From: Candidatus Uhrbacteria bacterium
GTDB lineage: Bacteria > Patescibacteriota > Patescibacteriia > UBA9934
Reading direction: 5' to 3'
DNA length: 64,000 nucleotides
Assembly: GCA_018664485.1 (NCBI GenBank)
Contig: JABJOE010000006.1
Location: forward strand, 71,294-135,293
Shown: positions 29,861-39,645 of the stretch, piece after piece
Numbering within the stretch: position 1 is the stretch's first letter
How the letters are laid out: each line of letters starts with the position of its first letter
Translations under genes and position numbers: made by a program
The notes under the pieces: generated by a model
The model's input: the letters and a program-made list of their open reading frames with translations, nothing else
Told to the model about the DNA's origin: nothing
Databases searched by the model: none

Positions 29861-29950
29861 GGTCCATTTCGTTGTTGCGTGGGCCCTGTGTCTCGTCATC
29901 GTACGGAAAAGTACGATTTCTCGTCACTTTCCCCGCGCCTATAACTGAAC
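29861..29950 (-). ncRNA. Structured 5'-leader RNA element (copy A of the multi-copy family) immediately upstream of leuS
   Basis: In gene orientation: TATAGGCGCGGGGAAAGTGACGAGAAATCGTACTTTTCCGTACGATGACGAGACACAGGGCCCACGCAACAACGAAATGGACCAAATA, then ~18 nt to the leuS ATG; homologous to copies B, C, D. Confidence 0.5.
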
Positions 29951-30044
29951 TCAAATACCAAAACACGATACAAGTTCGCAGTCAGAGTACGGCGAAATAG
30001 CAAAAAGGGCAAGATTATTGGTATAAATCCGACCCTTCTTATCT

Positions 30045-30596
30045 TTAAGCAAAATCTCTCATTCGTTTGAGCTCCACAATCGCGTCCTTTGGTGATTCAA
30101 CGAACAGTAGGCTTGCATCCAAATCCATCCAGGCAAACCCTTCGTGATCAATGTGGCGAATGAGCTCCTTAAACTTCTTAAAGTACCCACCAACACATAT
30201 CACCGGGAACTTGCAATCGATTTCTCGAAGCCCTACTCGCGACACAATCTCTAAAATTTCATAGAAGGTTCCAATCCCTCCAGGTAGTGCCAAGTAAACG
30301 TCTCCCAGTTCTATCAGCCTTTGCTGGCGTGGCACCAATTCTTCAAACAATTCCTGCTCTGTGAAGTACTTATTGGCAATTGGAAAATCTTTGTTATGCA
30401 AAGCGATAGAAATCACTTCACCGTCTGCCTCAATCGTTCCTCGCGAAACGTCCTCCATCAAGCCAGTCGTTCCACCGTTAACACATGTGAAATCATTCTC
30501 TGCGAAAAGCTTTCCCATTTCTACAGCTAGCTTCCGGTACACCTCTCCATTCTCACCCCTTGGATGCGAGCCACAGAACACGGTTACATTTTTCAT
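30045..30596 (-). CDS. LOG-family protein (cytokinin riboside 5'-monophosphate phosphoribohydrolase-like / Rossmann-fold lysine-decarboxylase-like)
   Basis: 183 aa; GGTTGLM and PGGIGTFYE motifs typical of TIGR00730/LOG. Confidence 0.8.
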   Translation of the reverse strand: MKNVTVFCGSHPRGENGEVYRKLAVEMGKLFAENDFTCVNGGTTGLMEDVSRGTIEADGEVISIALHNKDFPIANKYFTEQELFEELVPRQQRLIELGDVYLALPGGIGTFYEILEIVSRVGLREIDCKFPVICVGGYFKKFKELIRHIDHEGFAWMDLDASLLFVESPKDAIVELKRMRDFA

Positions 30597-30597
30597 A

Positions 30598-31809
30598 CTA
30601 CAACTCTGGCTGTGCTTCGCTCAATCGCTCAAGTGCGAGGGCAAATGCTCCGCGTCGTAGATCCGTTTTATACTCACGTGCACGGTCCCAAGTCTGACGA
30701 GCGGCATCAGCCATAGCGGTCTTCAATTTCGCATCAACGTCAGGTGCCGTCCACTTCTCATCTTTCATGTTCTGCTCCCACTCAAAATAGCTAACCGTCA
30801 CACCACCTGCATTTGCCAATACATCTGGCACAACATGAATACCTTTTTCAAATAAAATGTCGTCTGCCTCCGGAGTAGTCGGGCCATTTGCAAGCTCCAA
30901 CACAACCTTTGCCTGGATACGAGGTGCATTCTCTTGCGTAATCACGTTCTCAAGGGCAGCTGGCGCAAGCAGTCCGCACTCAAGCTCCAAGATTGCCTCG
31001 TTAGTCATCTCTTGCGCCCCCTCAAATCCAACAACCGATCGAGTCTCATCCTTATGACGCTCTAAAGCCTCAACATCTAGACCCTCTGGATTGTAGACTG
31101 CACCTCGAGAGTCTGACACAGCTATAACCTTCCACTCATGACGAGTAGCGATCCGTGCGAATGTTCGACCAGCGTTTCCGAACCCTTGAATTGCAACCGT
31201 CTTCATCTCGGGTTCGAGTGAAAGATCCTCAAACAACTCATCTAAAACATAATAACCTCCTTGCGCTGTCGCCTCACCTCGACCTTCCGACCCGCCAGCC
31301 TCAATTGGCTTTCCAGTTGTCACAGCCGGGTTACCAAACTCGTCTGCAATCCACACCATCTCCTGTGGTCGTGTATTCACGTCTGGTGCCGGAACATCAA
31401 CTGTTGGCCCGATCACTCCGTCCATTGCCCGAACCCACGCTCGGGTAACGCGCTCGATCTCCGCTTGCGAATATTCTTTCGGATTAAACGTTACTCCGCC
31501 CTTTCCACCACCCATTGGAATGCCCGCGATAGCAGTTTTAAACGTCATCCATGTAGCAAGCGCCTTCACTTCATGAATATCAACGTCCTGATGATACCGA
31601 ATACCTCCCTTAAACGGACCACGCCAATTATTGTGCTGAACGCGGAAACCTTCGATCATCTCGAGCGATCCATCGTCACGCTTAAGCGGGATAGACACAC
31701 GAACTTCACGCATAGGATGCGAAAGGATAGAAATCACATCAGCCTTCACATCAGTGACATCGGCTGCACGACGGATTTGGTTTAGTGCATTTTCAAATGG
31801 ATTTTTCAT
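30598..31809 (-). CDS. gdhA: Glu/Leu/Phe/Val-family amino-acid dehydrogenase (glutamate dehydrogenase-like)
   Basis: 403 aa; IPMGGGKGG catalytic motif, Rossmann GFGNAG. Confidence 0.88.
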   Translation of the reverse strand: MKNPFENALNQIRRAADVTDVKADVISILSHPMREVRVSIPLKRDDGSLEMIEGFRVQHNNWRGPFKGGIRYHQDVDIHEVKALATWMTFKTAIAGIPMGGGKGGVTFNPKEYSQAEIERVTRAWVRAMDGVIGPTVDVPAPDVNTRPQEMVWIADEFGNPAVTTGKPIEAGGSEGRGEATAQGGYYVLDELFEDLSLEPEMKTVAIQGFGNAGRTFARIATRHEWKVIAVSDSRGAVYNPEGLDVEALERHKDETRSVVGFEGAQEMTNEAILELECGLLAPAALENVITQENAPRIQAKVVLELANGPTTPEADDILFEKGIHVVPDVLANAGGVTVSYFEWEQNMKDEKWTAPDVDAKLKTAMADAARQTWDRAREYKTDLRRGAFALALERLSEAQPEL

Positions 31810-31923
31810 ATGAATTCATATTACCACGCAGTATATTTGGTTGACCAATAACTACAGAATCACCGGTAAGAATCAAAAAGAACCGCGATTTACGCGGCTC
31901 TCTTTTTCTATTTCATGTTATTT

Positions 31924-32847
31924 CTATTCTTTTGCAGCCAAGTAACGTTCAGCCTCAAGCGCTGCCATACATCCGAGTCCCGCAGCCGTAATCGCTTGGC
32001 GATACCATGGATCAACTACATCACCTGCAGCGAACACCCCTTCGATGTTTGTCTTTGTAGAATCAGGCGCGTGCTTAATGTAACCCTTCGGATCAAGTTC
32101 CAAAATATCTTTAAACAATTCCGTTGTCGGTTTATGTCCGATCGCCGCGAAATATCCTTCGACGTCGAGTGTAGACTCATCTCCGGTTTCGTTATTTTTG
32201 ATCTTCACTCCTTGCACTCTTTCCTCTCCCAAAAGCTCAACGGCTTCAGTATTAAAGAGTACTTCAATCTTCTCGTTATCCATCACGCGTTTCTGCATGA
32301 TCTTGGAAGCTCGCATTTCGCCACGCCTTACGAGCAGCGTAACCTTTGACGCGAACTTCGTAAGGAACGTAGCTTCCTCAGCAGCCGAGTCACCTCCACC
32401 GATCACAACTACATGCTTATCGCGGAAGAAAAATCCGTCACAAGTAGCACACGCAGATACTCCCTTACCCTGTAATCGATCCTCTCCCGGAATATTCAAC
32501 CACATAGCACTCGCTCCTGTAGCGATAATCACAGCTTTTGCAGAAAACTCTTTATCTGCGGTCTTAACTATAAACGGTGATGACGAAAAATCAACTTCCG
32601 TTACCAAGTCATCGACCATTTCTGTGTCGAATTTCAAAGCCTGCTTCTTCAAGCGCTCCATAAGATCCGGTCCGAGCACTCCGTCAGGCTCGCCGGGCCA
32701 ATTCTCGACGTCGCTCGTCAACATAAGCTGACCACCAGGCTGTTGCCCTGCGATCATCAAAGGCTTCATGTCAGCACGACCACAATAAATCGCCGCTGTG
32801 TACCCAGCAGGACCAGACCCAATAATTATGACGTTGCGTTCTTCCAT
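31924..32847 (-). CDS. trxB: Thioredoxin reductase
   Basis: 307 aa; GSGPAGYTAAIY FAD motif, CATCDG redox-active disulfide. Confidence 0.93.
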   Translation of the reverse strand: MEERNVIIIGSGPAGYTAAIYCGRADMKPLMIAGQQPGGQLMLTSDVENWPGEPDGVLGPDLMERLKKQALKFDTEMVDDLVTEVDFSSSPFIVKTADKEFSAKAVIIATGASAMWLNIPGEDRLQGKGVSACATCDGFFFRDKHVVVIGGGDSAAEEATFLTKFASKVTLLVRRGEMRASKIMQKRVMDNEKIEVLFNTEAVELLGEERVQGVKIKNNETGDESTLDVEGYFAAIGHKPTTELFKDILELDPKGYIKHAPDSTKTNIEGVFAAGDVVDPWYRQAITAAGLGCMAALEAERYLAAKE

Positions 32848-32853
32848 ATAAAT

Positions 32854-33165
32854 TTACGCTGCGTGCTTTTCAAGCTTTTCTTTTAGCGCGTCTTTACTCA
32901 TCGATCCTGAAAACTGCTCAACAACCTGTCCTGATTTGAAAACAATAAAAGTTGGGATAGATAGAACGTTAAACTGTCGCGCCAATTCAGCGTTGTCGTC
33001 AACGTTTACCTTTCCGATCGTAACTCCATCCATTTCACTCGCAAGCTCATCCACGACAGGACTCATAACCTTACAAGGACCACACCATGGAGCCCAGAAG
33101 TCTACCAGAACAACATTCTGTGCTTGCAAAACAGTTGCGTCAAAAGAGTCAGCTGTAAGATCCAT
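32854..33165 (-). CDS. trxA: Thioredoxin
   Basis: 103 aa; WCGPCK active site. Confidence 0.93.
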   Translation of the reverse strand: MDLTADSFDATVLQAQNVVLVDFWAPWCGPCKVMSPVVDELASEMDGVTIGKVNVDDNAELARQFNVLSIPTFIVFKSGQVVEQFSGSMSKDALKEKLEKHAA

Positions 33166-33338
33166 ATAAAGTTATTAAGTCATTAAGTGGCTAAGTCGTT
33201 GAGTCGATGAGGACCCTATAGCTGTGGCATTGTAACAAGCGGATGATGGATTGACAAAGTTGCCGAATATTGGTAGAAAAAGGCGGTCTAAAAAGACAGG
33301 TCCCATACGTTCCTCCACAAATTTCAAAGAGTATTGTC

Positions 33339-33915
33339 ATGACCACTTCCGGTCTGAAACCTTGTTGGCACGATCCGCGTTACGACCTCTTGAAGCTCGC
33401 TACCATGACGGCAGCATGGGGACCGAGACTGCCCGGTATCGCCCTGTACGCACTTCCAAAAACCATCAACGGACTGGATCCGGAAGATGTGCTTGCTGTA
33501 GAGAAGGCGTGCTTCAAAGACGGTCTATCGGGAATGAGCGGAATTGAATCGTGCTGGTCAAACAAACCAGGACTCGAGACAATCGTCCCAATCCACGAAC
33601 TTCAAGGCAGTAGGCGAATCACCATCTTGCGCATTCAAGGAAGGCTCATCCGCATTCCTACATTTTTCAAAATGGGGGGGGCGACGCTGTCCGCTGATCC
33701 AATTTGGACGCAATCGTGACCTCATCGATATGGGTATTGATATGAAAACTCCCGAATGTGTGAATTTCATTCACCAGTGGGGCTGGGGATGGCGCAATAA
33801 GGCAAACGACGAAATCGCATACCGAGACACAGTACATCCGCTCATTCTTCCCAACTCTTTCACTGTCGACGACGAAGAGCCCACCCGAGAGACAACAATT
33901 CCCAGACCTGCGTAA
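33339..33915 (+). CDS. Hypothetical protein interrupted by a +1/-1 frameshift at a G8 homopolymer (two overlapping reading frames 33339..33719 and 33544..33915)
   Basis: GC-rich; frame A ends shortly after the GGGGGGGG run at ~33676-33683, frame B continues to 33915; start chosen at MTTSGLK. Confidence 0.4.
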
Positions 33916-33926
33916 TTCACGCTCGT

Positions 33927-34000
33927 GCCCCGCTCCTCACTCGAGGTGCGGGGCTGCTGCTTATAAGAAAAAAGAGCCCACGCAGGCTCTCTTTCTTTTA
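33927..34000. terminator. Bidirectional terminator region (two hairpins) between the frameshifted ORF and infB
   Basis: GCCCCGC..GCGGGGC hairpin, then AAAAAAGAGCC-CACGCA-GGCTCT-CTTTCTTTT. Confidence 0.55.
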
Positions 34001-34016
34001 TACTTTTGCTATAACT

Positions 34017-36047
34017 CTACGCTCCTGGGACTTCCAGTGTACGAGCGTGTTCTTCCTCAGTATAGATTTCAAGTACATCTCCCTCTTCGATCTTTGCCTT
34101 TCCGGTAAACCCGATTCCACATTGCTGACCTTCCAGCACATCCTTCACGTCTACCTTTCCGGCTTGAAGAGAGTTGATCCGTCCTTCGGCAATAACTACA
34201 TCGTCTCGCACGACACGAGCAGTAGCACCGACGGCAACAGACCCTTTACTTACAGCACCACCCACAACCATTCCCTTAACGAGCTTTTGGAAGATAGCGA
34301 GCACCTTTACTGATCCGAGCTCTGTGTAAACCTTCTCAGCAGGAATCAAAATCTTCAACTTTTCTACAACTTCTTCGAATAGCTTGTAGATCACCTTGTA
34401 CTCATGAATATCAACGTTTTTATCACGTGCTAACCGAGACGCAGCAGACGAGGGCTTAACACCAAAGGCAATAAGCATTGCATCTGTCGCCTCAGCGGAC
34501 AACACATCTGATTCGTTGATCGTTCCAAGACCCTTAGACACAACCTTCACACCGACGTGAGGGTTATCGATCTTTTCGATCATTCCAAGCAATGCCTCAA
34601 GCGAACCTAAAACGTCTGATCGGATAATAAGGTTTAAAATAACTTTCTGTTCGTCACCGCTATCTTCTTCACCATCCTGAACAGCCTTAGTTTTACGAAC
34701 AGTCATCTCCTGCACACCAACCTTGCGTGATGGCTGAGCCTTCAATTTTTGTAAATCTTTTGCCTTCACTGGAACTTCCAGAATATCCCCGATGGAAGGT
34801 GCTGATTTGAATCCTAAAATTCGAACCGGAGTCGACGGGGCAGCCTTTTTTGTATCCTGCCCATCCCAAGTCTTCATGGCACGCACTCGACCGTAGTTCA
34901 CTCCACGGACACCAAGCACGTCTCCGGTTGAAAGAGATCCGGTCTGCACCAATACGGTAGCTACAGGACCCTGCCCTTTATCAACGTGGGACTCAATAAT
35001 CGTTCCAATAGCACGACGCTTTGGATTTGCTACGATCTTCGCTTTTTCAATGTCAGCAACGAGTAGAAGCATGTCCAAAAGCTGGTCAATGTTCTCGCCA
35101 GTCTTTGCAGACACTCCAACCATCACAGTATCTCCTCCCCATTCCTCTGAAATCAAACCGAGTTCAGAAAGCTGGTTTCGAATCTTATCTAAATTCGCTT
35201 CAGGTTTATCAATCTTGTTAATCGCTACAACGAAAGGAAGTTTCGCCGCTTTAACGATGTCGATTGCCTCGCGAGTCTGAGGTTGTACTCCGTCGTCAGC
35301 AGCAACTACCAAAATAGCCATGTCAGCAACCTTCGCACCACGCGATCGCATCACTGTGAAGGCTTCATGTCCAGGCGTATCGATAAATGTCATGTCTCGG
35401 CCCTTTCGCAAAACCTGATAGGCACCGATATGCTGTGTAATTCCACCAGACTCAGTATCAACGATATTTGTAGATCGAATGGAGTCTAGCAAAAGTGTTT
35501 TTCCGTGATCAACGTGTCCCATCACAACGATAACCGGTGGACGGTCCAACAGATCCTTCTTGTCTTCAGCTGCTAACACCTCCGCGAGTCTATCAACCCC
35601 CTCGTCAGCTACATCCTCTTCTGTTCCCTCTTTTCGCTCAGCGATGAATCCGAGGTCTTCAGCAATAATTGCCGCTGTGTCAAAATCAATTTGCTCGTTT
35701 AGTGACGCTAGGATACCCGCACGCATGAGCTCCTGCATTACCTTGGCGATCGGAAGACTCAATGCCTCTGAAAATTCTCGCACTGAAACTGCTGACGGAA
35801 TATAGACCTTCTCAGCTGTTCCATCCTGCACCTTAGCTTTACGCTCGGCACGCGCTCGCTGGTCGGCACGCTTCTTATCCAAGTACTGACGCTTCTGGTG
35901 CTGGCGCCATGCATACATGATCCGTCCTGCATCACGATCTGGAATCTTGATTGCCTTTTCTCCAATATCAAAACCGAGCTCTGGCAACTTTGCTCGGAGC
36001 TCATCTGTGGAAATTCGCAGTTTGCGAGCCAGGTGGGAAATATTCAT
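34017..36047 (-). CDS. infB: Translation initiation factor IF-2
   Basis: 676 aa; [20 protein letters not shown] GTPase motifs, IF2 domain order. Confidence 0.96.
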   Translation of the reverse strand: MNISHLARKLRISTDELRAKLPELGFDIGEKAIKIPDRDAGRIMYAWRQHQKRQYLDKKRADQRARAERKAKVQDGTAEKVYIPSAVSVREFSEALSLPIAKVMQELMRAGILASLNEQIDFDTAAIIAEDLGFIAERKEGTEEDVADEGVDRLAEVLAAEDKKDLLDRPPVIVVMGHVDHGKTLLLDSIRSTNIVDTESGGITQHIGAYQVLRKGRDMTFIDTPGHEAFTVMRSRGAKVADMAILVVAADDGVQPQTREAIDIVKAAKLPFVVAINKIDKPEANLDKIRNQLSELGLISEEWGGDTVMVGVSAKTGENIDQLLDMLLLVADIEKAKIVANPKRRAIGTIIESHVDKGQGPVATVLVQTGSLSTGDVLGVRGVNYGRVRAMKTWDGQDTKKAAPSTPVRILGFKSAPSIGDILEVPVKAKDLQKLKAQPSRKVGVQEMTVRKTKAVQDGEEDSGDEQKVILNLIIRSDVLGSLEALLGMIEKIDNPHVGVKVVSKGLGTINESDVLSAEATDAMLIAFGVKPSSAASRLARDKNVDIHEYKVIYKLFEEVVEKLKILIPAEKVYTELGSVKVLAIFQKLVKGMVVGGAVSKGSVAVGATARVVRDDVVIAEGRINSLQAGKVDVKDVLEGQQCGIGFTGKAKIEEGDVLEIYTEEEHARTLEVPGA

Positions 36048-36144
36048 GGCCGAAGGATAGCCAAAATTGGGCTAATCGTCAAGGAATGGTGGCATGACCT
36101 GTAAAATGGCTTATCAAAGAGAATCGTCTGCTATATTGGCAAAA

Positions 36145-36630
36145 TTACTCTATATACGACATTAAATTAATGCTCGACTGCCACTGGGGTGAACAGGCAC
36201 CAATCTCAAAAACACTTTCGCTGTACATCATGTAATAGCCGCTTGATGATTCTGAGTACCCAGCCACATTCGAATCACTCGGTAAAATATCTAAATAAGG
36301 TGCAAATAGCTCGCTCACATCCATACATGGCATCACGCTTGAACACTCACCCGCCACAACAGGCCCGCCACAACTCTCACCCGTACCAATCATCATAGTC
36401 CTCTCTCCCAAATCATCCATTAACGCCCAGAACTTCTCCGGAGACTCTTCACGCAACTCAAGCGCCGCTACCATCAAGCTCCGTACATCATCTTGTCTAA
36501 CCTCATCGTGCTGACGCTCAAGTTCTGTAAACGGATTTGAAAATAATAGACCCGACACAATAACGAGCACAAATACAAACAGACATGCTGCGATGACGTC
36601 GATCAATGTGTACCCCTGTGGTCTATGCAT
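36145..36630 (-). CDS. Type IV pilin / pseudopilin-like protein (class III signal peptide)
   Basis: N-terminus MHRPQGYTLIDVIAACLFVFVLVIV matches the prepilin G-(F/Y)-TLI-(E/D) cleavage/methylation motif followed by a hydrophobic helix; ORF track start at 36651. Confidence 0.6.
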   Translation of the reverse strand: MHRPQGYTLIDVIAACLFVFVLVIVSGLLFSNPFTELERQHDEVRQDDVRSLMVAALELREESPEKFWALMDDLGERTMMIGTGESCGGPVVAGECSSVMPCMDVSELFAPYLDILPSDSNVAGYSESSSGYYMMYSESVFEIGACSPQWQSSINLMSYIE

Positions 36631-36669
36631 ACAAAATAAGTATACTCTCATGTTGAAATAAATAAAAAG

Positions 36670-37407
36670 ATGGTAGGATCAAAATGTATGGATTCAAACA
36701 CAGGCTTTCTACTTATAAACAAACCGCCAGGCATGACGAGCCACGACGTTGTCGATGTTTTGCGCCGAGTAACTGGTATTAGGAAAATCGGACATGCCGG
36801 TACGCTTGACCCCTTTGCAACCGGACTTCTTCTGGTCGCCGTCGGCCGTGGTGCTACAAAACGGATATCTCAGTTCGTCGGACTTGATAAAACATACGAG
36901 GCAGAATTTGTTATTGGAGCTACAACAGAAACGCTAGACCCAGAATCTGAAGTACAAATCGATGAAAGGTTAAAAGATGATCACTCTTTGGTCATCAATC
37001 CTACCTGTGTCGTAAACGAATTTCATGGACCGATGAAGCAGGTGCCTCCAATGTACTCAGCTATAAAAATCAAAGGGAAGAAACTATATAATCTTGCTCG
37101 TGAAGGAAAGACTGTAGAACGTGAACCTCGAGACATCACCGTTCACTCATTTAAAATGCTCAAAGAGCCGTGGACGGAAGATGGACTTATGATTTTGTCC
37201 GTTCAAACCGAAGTATCAAGTGGCACCTATATTCGAGTTATGGCACAGGATCTGGCAGCACAGCTCAAAACGCTCGGATACGTCCGCACACTCAACCGAA
37301 GCACAATTGGGCCTTTTCTCCTTAAAGATGCTACTGATCTGAAAGACGTGACGCCTGAAAATTGGCCAAGTCTCCTCAAAAATCTAGAGGTTGAGGCGAT
37401 TGACTAG
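36670..37407 (+). CDS. truB: tRNA pseudouridine(55) synthase
   Basis: LLINKPPGMTSHDVV, GHAGTLDP catalytic-Asp motif; the likely true start is the internal ATG at 36688 (MDSN..), which has an AGGA RBS. Confidence 0.9.
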   Translation: MVGSKCMDSNTGFLLINKPPGMTSHDVVDVLRRVTGIRKIGHAGTLDPFATGLLLVAVGRGATKRISQFVGLDKTYEAEFVIGATTETLDPESEVQIDERLKDDHSLVINPTCVVNEFHGPMKQVPPMYSAIKIKGKKLYNLAREGKTVEREPRDITVHSFKMLKEPWTEDGLMILSVQTEVSSGTYIRVMAQDLAAQLKTLGYVRTLNRSTIGPFLLKDATDLKDVTPENWPSLLKNLEVEAID

Positions 37408-37544
37408 CAGCCGTTAGAGTGATAACCTGCGGTTGTGAATATTAACTATCGTTAGCTTCGAAATTGATTTCAAAGCGAGCGTAATAAGGATCCGGACGGA
37501 AAATAGTCGCCACCTGAGGTATAAAATCGAATTATCTTCGAATA

Positions 37545-37561
37545 TGCGTTTACTAAACGCA
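37545..37561. promoter_or_regulatory. Palindrome TGCGTTTA-c-TAAACGCA upstream of rny
   Basis: Perfect 8-c-8 inverted repeat; same half-site as the znuA operator at 42586-42612. Confidence 0.35.
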
Positions 37562-37590
37562 CTACTACCAAGCAATCAAGTTCAAGCGTA

Positions 37591-37620
37591 ACGAGACCTA
37601 GTCTCGTAAATTTTCTTTCT
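37591..37620 (+). terminator. Hairpin ACGAGAC-ctag-GTCTCGT plus T-rich tract ~20 nt upstream of the rny start (terminator/attenuator-like)
   Basis: Perfect 7-bp stem, followed by AAATTTTCTTTCT. Confidence 0.4.
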
Positions 37621-37636
37621 CCGGTCCAATAAGAAT

Positions 37637-39166
37637 ATGAATACTATTGGTTTATTTTTGGGTCTCATCGGTCTTGCCCTTGGAGGCGCTATCGGATACG
37701 TCGTACGACAGGCACTAGTTAAAGGAAAGGTAAAGTCAGCTGAATCAAAAGCTGAGTCCATCCTTAAAAACGCAAAAAGTGAGGAACAGGCAATCCTTCT
37801 AAAAGCAAAGGAGCAGGCCCTTGCATCTCTTGATGAAGGCCGGCAAGAGGCGAATGAGCAGAAGCAAGAAATCAAACAAGCTCAGAAGCGTCTTGAGGAA
37901 CGTGAAAATCGTTTCGACAAAAACCTCCTAGAGCTTGAGAACACTAAAACTCGTCTACAAGAAAAAGAACTCTCCTATCACGCAAAGGAAGAAGAAATTG
38001 AGGAGTTGCGAAAGCAGGAAATGGTTAAGCTTCAAGAGGTTGCGAGCCTTACAAAGGAACAAGCACAGCAAAATCTATTCGACATGGTTGAAGAAGATTC
38101 AAAGGAAGCTATCCTTGGCCGTATCAAAAAGCTAGATGAACAGGGTGAGGAAGAAATGGATATCCGTGCACAGAAAATCCTGTCACTTGTAATCCAACGT
38201 TTCGCTTCATCCCACGTGGTTGACGCAACAACAACACTTGTAAGTCTCCCCTCAGACGATATGAAGGGACGAATCATCGGAAAGGAAGGACGTAACATCA
38301 AAGCGCTTGAACGCCTTACTGGTTGCGAACTTATTATCGACGACACTCCTGAGATGATTACAATCTCTGGGTTCTCCCCCGTTCGCCGACAGGTTGCAAA
38401 GAAAGCGCTTGAGATGTTGATCAAGGATGGTCGCATCCAGCCGGCTCGCATTGAAACTGCAGTGAACGATTCAAAGAAGGGTCTTGCAAAAGAAATGAAG
38501 AAGGCTGGTGAAGACGCTTTGTACGAACTTGGAATTCCAGTTTCATCTATTGATCCAAAACTAACATCTATCTTGGGACGTTTGAAGTTCCGTACTAGCT
38601 ACGGACAGAATGTACTGCAGCACTCAGTAGAGGTTGCACGAATTTCGGGAATGATCGCCGAGGAGTTAGGGGCCGATGCTTTCGCATGTAAAAAAGGTGG
38701 ACTCTTCCACGACATTGGAAAAGCTGTTGACCACGACATGCAAGGAGCTCATCCAGAAATCGGTTACAACATTATGAAAAAGTTTGGTTGGCCAGAAGAT
38801 CTCTGTTACCAATCAATCGCCCACCACGAAGACAAGCCACGTACGCTTGAAGGTGTCATCGTGAAGGCAGCTGATGCAATTTCCGGAGCGCGGCCTGGAG
38901 CACGTCGAAATACCGTTGAGGATTACATTCAGCGATTGCAGAACCTGGAAGATACGGCTGCAAGTTTTGAGGGAGTTGATAAAGCGTATGCAATTCAAGC
39001 AGGACGTGAGGTGCGAGTATTCGTTTCACCTGGAAAAGTTGATGATTACACTGCCCATAACCTAGCTCGTGACATCGCAAAACGCATTGAAAACGAGTTA
39101 ACATATCCTGGAGAGGTCCGAGTTACAGTGATCCGAGAAACTCGAGTTACTGAGTACGCAAGGTAA
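37637..39166 (+). CDS. rny: Ribonuclease Y
   Basis: 509 aa; N-terminal TM helix, coiled-coil, KH domain (GRIIGKEGRNIK), HD domain (HSVEVA..FHDIGKA..DH). Confidence 0.95.
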   Translation: MNTIGLFLGLIGLALGGAIGYVVRQALVKGKVKSAESKAESILKNAKSEEQAILLKAKEQALASLDEGRQEANEQKQEIKQAQKRLEERENRFDKNLLELENTKTRLQEKELSYHAKEEEIEELRKQEMVKLQEVASLTKEQAQQNLFDMVEEDSKEAILGRIKKLDEQGEEEMDIRAQKILSLVIQRFASSHVVDATTTLVSLPSDDMKGRIIGKEGRNIKALERLTGCELIIDDTPEMITISGFSPVRRQVAKKALEMLIKDGRIQPARIETAVNDSKKGLAKEMKKAGEDALYELGIPVSSIDPKLTSILGRLKFRTSYGQNVLQHSVEVARISGMIAEELGADAFACKKGGLFHDIGKAVDHDMQGAHPEIGYNIMKKFGWPEDLCYQSIAHHEDKPRTLEGVIVKAADAISGARPGARRNTVEDYIQRLQNLEDTAASFEGVDKAYAIQAGREVRVFVSPGKVDDYTAHNLARDIAKRIENELTYPGEVRVTVIRETRVTEYAR

Positions 39167-39219
39167 CTATTGAGGCCAACACTAGACAAGAAACTCGATT
39201 AGATCTATACTTTCGCCGT

Positions 39220-39513
39220 ATGAATAAAGCTACACTTGCTCTGAAGATCGCTGAGAAGCTCGACATTCCTAAAAAGAATGCCGAAGACATGATCGCTGCC
39301 TTCCAAGAAATCGTCATCAATACGTTGAAAAACGATCAAGATGTAACGATTGCCGGATTTGGAACTTTCTCATCACGTGTACGTGCAGCACGTAAGGGTG
39401 TGAATCCACGAAAGCCAACTGAAATTATAAATGTACCCGCAGTAAAGGTACCAAAGTTCAAAGCTGGAAAGAGACTAAAGGACGAATTGAAAGCAAGTAC
39501 ACCAGCACAGTAG
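39220..39513 (+). CDS. hup: HU-family DNA-binding protein
   Basis: 97 aa; MNKA.L..IAEK.., GFGTFS.R.RAAR.GRNP.T, arm motif. Confidence 0.92.
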   Translation: MNKATLALKIAEKLDIPKKNAEDMIAAFQEIVINTLKNDQDVTIAGFGTFSSRVRAARKGVNPRKPTEIINVPAVKVPKFKAGKRLKDELKASTPAQ

Positions 39514-39527
39514 AATAAATAAAAATA

Positions 39528-39557
39528 CTCGCGAGAAATCGCGGGTGTTTTTTTTTG
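39528..39557 (+). terminator. Intrinsic terminator after hup
   Basis: CTCGCGA-gaaa-TCGCGGG hairpin followed by T9. Confidence 0.7.
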
Positions 39558-39579
39558 TTTTAACGCTACTCCGGCGATT

Positions 39580-39614
39580 GACAAAACCTTAATATAAGGC
39601 TATAGTCCTCGACC
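39580..39614 (+). promoter_or_regulatory. Sigma70-type promoter TTGACA-17-TATAGT for the 198-aa orphan gene
   Basis: ttgacaaaaccttaatataaggctatagt, with AGGAGA RBS before the ATG at 39646. Confidence 0.55.
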
Positions 39615-39645
39615 ATACTCAACCCGAGATGGACAGGAGACTAAC

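Noticed and set aside
29861-29950. T-box riboswitch upstream of leuS (and proS)
   Set aside because: No T-box consensus (AAUUAGGGUGGNACCGCG) or specifier-loop/antiterminator architecture is present. The same element also precedes a tRNA gene and occurs antisense in the ribosomal operon.
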